64,000 nucleotides of DNA, taken from positions 12,820 through 76,819 of the IMG/VR virus record IMGVR_UViG_3300021087_001082. The stretch is one strand, 5' to 3'. This stretch comes from a virus. Its lineage: Duplodnaviria > Caudoviricetes. The position numbers and the translations under genes were made by a program. Positions within the stretch are counted from its first letter, which is position 1, and every line of letters begins with the position of its first letter. Shown here piece by piece: positions 57,722 through 64,000 of the stretch. Under the pieces are notes generated by a model. The model ran no database searches, had not been told where the DNA came from, and saw nothing but the letters and a program-made list of their open reading frames with translations.

Positions 57722-58569
57722 TACTCGTTGATTATAATCAGATGATAATTGCTAATTTTATGATATTTCAAAAGCAATTTGAACCTGGAAAAGAAAATGA
57801 TATGGTTCGCCATATGGTTATGAATAACATTAAGATGATTCGTAATCGTTTTTGCGACAAATATGGAAGTGACATGGTTTTTTGTTGCGATAATAAAAAT
57901 AATTGGAGAAAAGATTATTTTCCATTATATAAGGCAAATCGTAAGAAAGCCAGAGAAGAAAATAAACAGAATATAGATTGGAAAGCTTTATTTGGAGTTA
58001 TTGATGATATTCGTTCTGAATTAGAAGAATACATGCCTTATAAGGTTGTTACTATGGATGGATGTGAAGCAGATGATATTATAGGCGTTATATGTAAGAA
58101 TTATAATACAGATCCTATTTTAATTGTTTCATCAGATAAAGATTTTATCCAATTACAAAAATATAATAACATTTCACAATGGTCTCCTTTAACAAAGAAA
58201 TTTTTAAATGACCCTAAACCTGAAGAACAGCTAAGGGCTTTAATTGTAAAAGGTGATCGTAGTGACGGAGTACCAAATATATTGTCAAATGATAATTGTT
58301 TGGTAGAAGGGTTACGTCAAAAGCCACTTTCAAAGAAGAAAATTGAAAAATGGATAAGCGGAAACCCAGAAGAATTGTTTGAAGGAGAGCTTTTACGCAA
58401 TTATAAGAGGAATGAAACTCTTATAGATTTAGAGTGTATACCGGATTCAATTCAGATAAATATACAAACACGGTATGAAAGAAAACAGTACACCGGCCGT
58501 GATAAAATGCTTAGTTATTTTATTAAGCATAGACTTAAAGAATTGACTGAATCCATTCAGGAGTTTTAG
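57718..58569 (+). CDS. rnh: T4-type RNase H (5'-3' exonuclease)
   Basis: ILVD, WRK..FP.YK..R, EADDII, SSDKDF.QL and GDRSDGVPN motifs. Confidence 0.93.
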   Translation: MILVDYNQMIIANFMIFQKQFEPGKENDMVRHMVMNNIKMIRNRFCDKYGSDMVFCCDNKNNWRKDYFPLYKANRKKAREENKQNIDWKALFGVIDDIRSELEEYMPYKVVTMDGCEADDIIGVICKNYNTDPILIVSSDKDFIQLQKYNNISQWSPLTKKFLNDPKPEEQLRALIVKGDRSDGVPNILSNDNCLVEGLRQKPLSKKKIEKWISGNPEELFEGELLRNYKRNETLIDLECIPDSIQINIQTRYERKQYTGRDKMLSYFIKHRLKELTESIQEF

Positions 58570-58572
58570 ATT

Positions 58573-59028
58573 ATGACACTTATAGAATTATTTAACGCGA
58601 TTGACAAAGCTAAAAGTCAGAAAGAGAGAGGAGAATTACTAACACAAAATAAAAGTCACCATTTGGAGAACCTACTGTGGTACGTGTTTCATCCAGATGT
58701 AAAATTTTTATTGCCTGAAGGTAATCCACCGTACCAAGCTCAAGCAGAAGATCCACAATCAACATTGTTATACGGACAGATCCGTAAATTGAGATATTTT
58801 GCAGAAGGCCCCGGCGGTACTGACTTTTGTGCTGGTAATAACATTAATCCTATAAAAAGAGAAACAATGTTCATCACTATGTTAGAAAGTGTGACACCAA
58901 CTGAAGCTGAGTTACTTATTAAATTGAGTAAGAAAGATCTCGGCGTTCGTGGGTTGACTTATAAGTTAGTGGCGGAAGTGTTTCCTCATCTCATTCCGCC
59001 AATGCCGGAAACTAAAAAAAGCAAGTAG
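58573..59028 (+). CDS. conserved T4-like hypothetical protein
   Basis: LPEG.PPY and KRETMFI.MLE...P.EAELL motifs. Confidence 0.7.
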   Translation: MTLIELFNAIDKAKSQKERGELLTQNKSHHLENLLWYVFHPDVKFLLPEGNPPYQAQAEDPQSTLLYGQIRKLRYFAEGPGGTDFCAGNNINPIKRETMFITMLESVTPTEAELLIKLSKKDLGVRGLTYKLVAEVFPHLIPPMPETKKSK

Positions 59029-59078
59029 TACCATTTTTTACATACATGGGAATGTGAATTAACATTTCGGAGCAATTT

Positions 59079-59711
59079 ATGTTTAAGATAATAGCTACTA
59101 TTGCTATCTTATTAGCAGTAGTATCCTATCCCGTAAAAATCGTGCATCAGAAAGCAGACGCTGCTAAAGTTGAGTCCACCCCCAACAAAAGCGTTACTCT
59201 AAAGCAACATTTGGAAACCCCACGTGTAAGCTTCACGAAGCCGATTAGCAAATGGACAGGAACAAATAATAATTATGTAAATCAACAGGAAGAAATAGCC
59301 TGTTTGTCAAAGAATATCTATTTCGAAGCCGCAATTGAAAGTACTGCTGGGAAACTAGCAGTGGCACATGTTACACTTAATAGAGTTCTAGATAAAAATT
59401 TCCCGAACTCCTATTGTAAGGTAGTTCATGATGCCCAGCTTCACGCAAATGGTCATCCTAAACGAGACTTGTGTCAATTTTCTTGGTATTGCGATGGTAA
59501 ACATGACGTACCATATCCAGGAAAAAATTGGGAAAAGATACAAAAACTATCAGCATGGTTTTATAACAGTAGCAAATATAAAAAGGGTAGTTTTTTAAAA
59601 GATATAACAGATGGTGCAACACATTACCATGCTGATTATATTGATGATCCACGCTGGTCTAAATACAAAAAAAGAACAGTAAAAATTGATACTCATATTT
59701 TTTATAGGTAA
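59079..59711 (+). CDS. SleB-like cell wall hydrolase
   Basis: CL..NIYFEA, V.LNRV, CQFSWYCDG, GATHYHA and HIFY; N-terminal signal/anchor. Confidence 0.9.
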   Translation: MFKIIATIAILLAVVSYPVKIVHQKADAAKVESTPNKSVTLKQHLETPRVSFTKPISKWTGTNNNYVNQQEEIACLSKNIYFEAAIESTAGKLAVAHVTLNRVLDKNFPNSYCKVVHDAQLHANGHPKRDLCQFSWYCDGKHDVPYPGKNWEKIQKLSAWFYNSSKYKKGSFLKDITDGATHYHADYIDDPRWSKYKKRTVKIDTHIFYR

Positions 59712-59714
59712 ATT

Positions 59715-59978
59715 ATGCCATTTTATGATTATAAGTGTGAATGCGGTCATGAGTTTGAAGAATTTTTTAAAATAGCAGATCGCGATAAACCAACTAAAGA
59801 GCCGTGTCCTTCTTGTAACGAGGACACGGTAACAATGAAAGTTCACTGTCCCGGATTTGTATATGATAATATTTCAGGCACAACAGCAAAAGGTCACAAA
59901 AAGAAACCAGACGAAGCTTTTACTGATCACCTGAAACAAATGAAGCGGAATTATCCGGGGAGCAATATGAATGTTTAA
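59715..59978 (+). CDS. FmdB-family zinc ribbon protein
   Basis: MPFYDYKCECGHEFE...CPSC. Confidence 0.8.
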   Translation: MPFYDYKCECGHEFEEFFKIADRDKPTKEPCPSCNEDTVTMKVHCPGFVYDNISGTTAKGHKKKPDEAFTDHLKQMKRNYPGSNMNV

Positions 59979-60615
59979 TCATGTAGAACTTGAATTTGAA
60001 GAATTACAAACCACTAATATAGATGGCCAGAGGGTGTACAAAACGCCCGACGGCTCCTTTCCCTCCATTACAACCGTTCTAGGTAGAAAAAAAGCCCAAT
60101 TTTTTAAAGAATGGAGGGAAAGAATTGGTGAAGAAGAAGCAAATAAAATAACTACAAAAGCTACACGTCGTGGAACAAACGTGCATACAGTTGTAGAAAA
60201 TTATCTTGCTAACAACTCAGATTATTTTGGTAAAAGTCAACCAAATGTTCGAGAGCTGTTTAATACCATCAAACCCTTTATAGATTCTCATCTTGATAAT
60301 ATTGCCGGTATTGAAATACCTCTTTGGTCTAAAAAATTAGGTGTCGCTGGTCGTTGCGATTGTGTAGCAGACTGGAAAGGTGAGAAAGCAATATTAGATT
60401 GGAAGACATCCAATAAGATAAAAAGGAAAGAATGGTGTGAAGATTATTTCTTGCAGGCAACAGCTTATTCAATAATGTTTGAAGAACGCACAGGAATCCC
60501 AATAAATAGTATTGTTATAGTTATGGCAGTTGAGAATGAGGAGCCGCAGATCTTTGAGGAAAAAACACCAGATTACTGGAAACTCTTAGAGACCACATTG
60601 AAGGAATGGAAATGA
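59971..60615 (+). CDS. PD-(D/E)XK exonuclease
   Basis: PSITTVL, RGT.VH, AGRCD, DWKTS and Q..AY motifs. Confidence 0.85.
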   Translation: MFNHVELEFEELQTTNIDGQRVYKTPDGSFPSITTVLGRKKAQFFKEWRERIGEEEANKITTKATRRGTNVHTVVENYLANNSDYFGKSQPNVRELFNTIKPFIDSHLDNIAGIEIPLWSKKLGVAGRCDCVADWKGEKAILDWKTSNKIKRKEWCEDYFLQATAYSIMFEERTGIPINSIVIVMAVENEEPQIFEEKTPDYWKLLETTLKEWK

Positions 60616-61373
60616 CTCAAGTCTTAATTACGGGCGTTAAAGGGTTCATCGGGCATCATCTATACAATTCATTAATGGATGAGGGATATGACGTCCAAGG
60701 GATTGATGATCGCTCCGGTTTAGGCTGGGAAGACAGGGTAGTCCCTTATTCTCATTGTGATATCACTAATGACCCTTTACCTTATAATAATGTGGAATAC
60801 GTTATTCACTTAGCCGCAAAAGCAGGTGTTCGTAAAAGTTGGGACCCAAAATATTTAAAAGATTATTGTGATACGAATATAAAAGGTACTGCCCGCATTT
60901 TTAATCATTATAAAAATTCTAAAATATTATATGCATCAAGTTCTTCCGTTAAAGATATGAAAAGTCCTTATGCAATGACAAAAGCTGCCGGTGAAGCCAT
61001 GGCTCCTAATAATGCTATAGGAATGAGATTCTTTACAGTATGGGGCGAGCGCTCACGTCCTGATATGTTTTACAGACAACTCCAACAAAAAGAAATAGGA
61101 TATCTAACAACCCATACTAGAGATTGGTGTCATGTAGATGATGTTTGTAATGCTATTAAATTATTAATGGAAAATTTTAAAGTTTGGAAAAAGAAACTAC
61201 CAGTTTATGAAATTGGATATGGGAGTCCAATGTCTGTATATGATTTTGCAACAACACATGCTCCTGAAGGATTTGACGTGGAAGCATTACCATTTAAAAA
61301 TGTAACCGGTGAGTCCGAAGAAACATGTGCTGATTCTTCTCCTTTAAAGGCGCTTGGCTGGAATGTTATGTAG
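60606..61373 (+). CDS. NAD-dependent epimerase/dehydratase
   Basis: TGVKGFIG, HLAA.AGVR, ASSSS and YAMTK motifs. Confidence 0.9.
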   Translation: MEMTQVLITGVKGFIGHHLYNSLMDEGYDVQGIDDRSGLGWEDRVVPYSHCDITNDPLPYNNVEYVIHLAAKAGVRKSWDPKYLKDYCDTNIKGTARIFNHYKNSKILYASSSSVKDMKSPYAMTKAAGEAMAPNNAIGMRFFTVWGERSRPDMFYRQLQQKEIGYLTTHTRDWCHVDDVCNAIKLLMENFKVWKKKLPVYEIGYGSPMSVYDFATTHAPEGFDVEALPFKNVTGESEETCADSSPLKALGWNVM

Positions 61374-62511
61374 TTACCCTTACAAGCAAATCGCCTTAAA
61401 AGATTGGGACGGCGATAAATTAAAGTGGTCTCATCCTTGCTGTAATATGTCTCGCCCGGAATGGGAAGATCCAATGGGAATGCAGGACATAGATAAATTA
61501 ACCCCCCCTGAAATATTTGAATCAGAACAATTTAAGTTGTTGCGAGATGATTTTGATAATAATCGCAAGAATGATTTTTGTAAAACTTGTTGGAATATGG
61601 AAGAAAGGAATATTGAACCTTTTTATATTCATAATGATGATATAATTCCTAAAGGACAATTAGATTCAATTGATTTTACCTTATCTAATAAATGTAATTT
61701 AGCTTGTAGAATGTGTGATCCACAAACAAGTCATAGGTTAATGTTAGATTGGAAGTTTTTCAAAGACAATGGGTTAATTAAAGATATTGAAAATATAACA
61801 GCTGGTAAATTTAGAGAAGAATTAAATATACCAAATGTAAAAAATTCGATTCAATATAAATGGCTTTTAAATAATCCAGTAAAGGAATTAAGATTTAGTG
61901 GTGGTGAACCATTTTTTGATTCATTAATAATAGATTTATTGGATAAATATATTAAAGAAGGTTGGGCAAAAGATACTATCTTAGCGTATCATACTAATGG
62001 AACCTTATTTAACAATGAACTTATTGATAAGTTAAATCAATTCAAAAAGCAGTACCCTAAAATTAGTATAGATTCAATAGAAGAAGGATATGACTATATA
62101 CGTCATCCTGCCAGTTTTGATGATTTAGATAAAACCGTTCGTTTATTTTTAAATAATTCTACTAATTTGGGTAGAATTAATATTGCTGTTGTTATTTCTG
62201 CTTTAAATATCTTAGACCTTCATAATCATTGGTCATGGTGTTGTACCTTACCTAAAAAAGTTTTTGTTTCATATTGTGAAGTATATCCTGATAATAGGGG
62301 CATCAGCCCTAAGAATTTGAGTAGAGCTTTATTAAATGAGTTGCCTTACATAGATTCTAGAAAACATCAGCAAATAATTCAATCTTATAAAATACGAAAC
62401 GTTGAAAGGAAAGAATCGGTTAAAAAAGAAATAGAATTATTCGATATGTCTAGATCCCAAAGTTATAAAAATTATTTACATCCTCATTTAGTATCATGGT
62501 TAGATTCGTAG
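61363..62511 (+). CDS. radical SAM protein with N-terminal SPASM/twitch-like domain
   Basis: CNLACRMC, GGEP and TNGT; N-terminal C..P, PCC and C..CW. Confidence 0.88.
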   Translation: MLCSYPYKQIALKDWDGDKLKWSHPCCNMSRPEWEDPMGMQDIDKLTPPEIFESEQFKLLRDDFDNNRKNDFCKTCWNMEERNIEPFYIHNDDIIPKGQLDSIDFTLSNKCNLACRMCDPQTSHRLMLDWKFFKDNGLIKDIENITAGKFREELNIPNVKNSIQYKWLLNNPVKELRFSGGEPFFDSLIIDLLDKYIKEGWAKDTILAYHTNGTLFNNELIDKLNQFKKQYPKISIDSIEEGYDYIRHPASFDDLDKTVRLFLNNSTNLGRINIAVVISALNILDLHNHWSWCCTLPKKVFVSYCEVYPDNRGISPKNLSRALLNELPYIDSRKHQQIIQSYKIRNVERKESVKKEIELFDMSRSQSYKNYLHPHLVSWLDS

Positions 62512-63755
62512 TAGTTGGTGGAGGCGCCGCAGGATGGATTACATCTCATTATCTAAAAAGAAATTTAGATTGTGAATTAACAGTTGTCCATAAAAAAGAA
62601 AATGAAATTATAGGTGTAGGAGAATCAACAACACCTACTATTTTAAAAGTTATAGAAGATGTTAAGTCGTGGCAAGAAGATAGCAAAGCTCTTATTAAGT
62701 ATGGAATAAAATTTAACAATTGGCTAAGACCGAATAGTGAATGGTATCATTTATTTGAGGATGCTTTTATAAAAGATGGTGTTGATTCTATTGAATTTTT
62801 GAGAAATGAACATCCTAAAATTGATACTACTACATTTAATTATTATCACGGCGATTTTTTAGTTAGATGTAAAAATAATATAATAGATACAGAAAATAAT
62901 TCAATTCCAGGATATGGATTTCAAGTACAGGCAGATAAATTGGGGCTTGCTTGTAAAAATGAATTGGAAGGTAAATATAGGTTAATTGAAGAAGATGTTA
63001 CCACTGTTCTTTCAGATAAAAATGGAATACGTTCTATCGGAACAGAAAACCATATACTACACGCAGACTATTTTATAGATTGTTCCGGATTTGAAAGAAT
63101 ATTGATTAATAGGTTATCATCTTTTGAACCTTATGAAGATATGATAGCCAATTCGTATATTGTTGGTAGATTAGATAAACATAAAAAAAGACCTTATACA
63201 GTAACAACTGCATTAAAAAATGGTTGGCGATGGGAGATAGATACTCAAGATAGAACGAACGCCGGTTATGTTTATTGTGATCATTTAACAAGTCATGAAA
63301 AGGCAATGGAGGAATCAGGTATAGAAGGAGAAAAGAAAAGTTTTGTATCTGGTAAAATGAAGGATATTGCAATTAAAAATTGTATTAGTAATGGCTTAGC
63401 ACAGAGCTTTATTGAACCGTTGGAAGCAACATCATTAATGATGACTTGTTATACAGTTGAAAAATTCGTTGAAATTATTAAGAGAGGTAAAAGAATAGAA
63501 ACTCTTAATAAAATTATGGATAAATTTTTAAAGCACACCAAAGAATTTGTAAAATATCATTATATATTAAGTGAAAGAAAAGATTCAGAATGGTGGGAAT
63601 ATTGGACAGAACAGAAAAATGATATACAAGATTTTTTCGAACGCTCATTAAAGAATAAACGATATTGTAAGAAAAATGATACATTATTAAATCATTATAA
63701 TATAGCTTCAATGATGGTAGGCTATGAATGCTTAACAGAAAGAAAAAGAATATGA
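62496..63755 (+). CDS. tryptophan halogenase-family flavoprotein
   Basis: GGGAAGW, GVGEST, IDCSGF, W.WEI and FIEPLEAT motifs. Confidence 0.88.
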   Translation: MVRFVVVGGGAAGWITSHYLKRNLDCELTVVHKKENEIIGVGESTTPTILKVIEDVKSWQEDSKALIKYGIKFNNWLRPNSEWYHLFEDAFIKDGVDSIEFLRNEHPKIDTTTFNYYHGDFLVRCKNNIIDTENNSIPGYGFQVQADKLGLACKNELEGKYRLIEEDVTTVLSDKNGIRSIGTENHILHADYFIDCSGFERILINRLSSFEPYEDMIANSYIVGRLDKHKKRPYTVTTALKNGWRWEIDTQDRTNAGYVYCDHLTSHEKAMEESGIEGEKKSFVSGKMKDIAIKNCISNGLAQSFIEPLEATSLMMTCYTVEKFVEIIKRGKRIETLNKIMDKFLKHTKEFVKYHYILSERKDSEWWEYWTEQKNDIQDFFERSLKNKRYCKKNDTLLNHYNIASMMVGYECLTERKRI

Positions 63756-63922
63756 TAATAAACAAGATAGTCAACTATTGGAAAGAAAACTTTGGGAAAG
63801 AAGATTTAAAATTCCCTTGCACTTATAAACCGGGCAGAAATAGCAAAGAATTTGAAGATTCTATAGATGCGATATTACGAGAAAAGTATCCTGAAAATTG
63901 GAAGAAGCACGGCGGAAAGTAA
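63752..63922 (+). CDS. hypothetical protein
   Basis: Short coupled ORF. Confidence 0.5.
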   Translation: MIINKIVNYWKENFGKEDLKFPCTYKPGRNSKEFEDSIDAILREKYPENWKKHGGK

Positions 63923-64000
63923 TGAAAAAATCCATGGAAGAATTTGCTATTACATTACAGACATGGACATGTAGTATGCATAATAATCCTGATAGAGATG
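63922..64000 (+). CDS. hypothetical protein, 3'-truncated
   Basis: ATG overlapping the previous stop; open to the window end. Confidence 0.4.
   Translation, partial: MKKSMEEFAITLQTWTCSMHNNPDRD

Noticed and set aside
59971-60615. Cas4-like nuclease suggesting a CRISPR system
   Set aside because: No repeat-spacer array or other cas genes were seen; this is the common stand-alone phage PD-(D/E)XK exonuclease
15261-63774. Numerous short overlapping or antisense ORFs in the six-frame track
   Set aside because: They lie within well-supported genes and show no recognisable motifs

Overview
A 64 kb, AT-rich, gene-dense segment of a large T4-like (myovirus) phage genome, probably aquatic or marine, with almost all genes on the + strand. 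It carries the T4-type replication core: gp45, gp44, gp62, regA, gp43, uvsX, gp41, gp61 and RNase H. Nucleotide-metabolism genes include dUTPase, thyX, a class II ribonucleotide reductase and a 5'-nucleotidase. There are perfect sigma70 promoters, T4 late TATAAATA promoters, probable internal-head and virion proteins, and large auxiliary islands: isocitrate lyase, a half-size Na/Pi transporter, glycan-modification and heptose genes, and a purine uptake/salvage cassette between gp43 and uvsX. The most unusual item is a counter-oriented unit at 12703-13948. It encodes an AsnRS-like catalytic core with no anticodon-binding domain and an ATA start, a small zinc-finger protein, and a GUU-anticodon tRNA with a long variable arm; this is a candidate orthogonal synthetase/tRNA pair. 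A structured leader motif (GGAAGACCC..TGAGCGA) also recurs ahead of two unrelated genes. All calls come from reading motifs by eye; no database searches were run.
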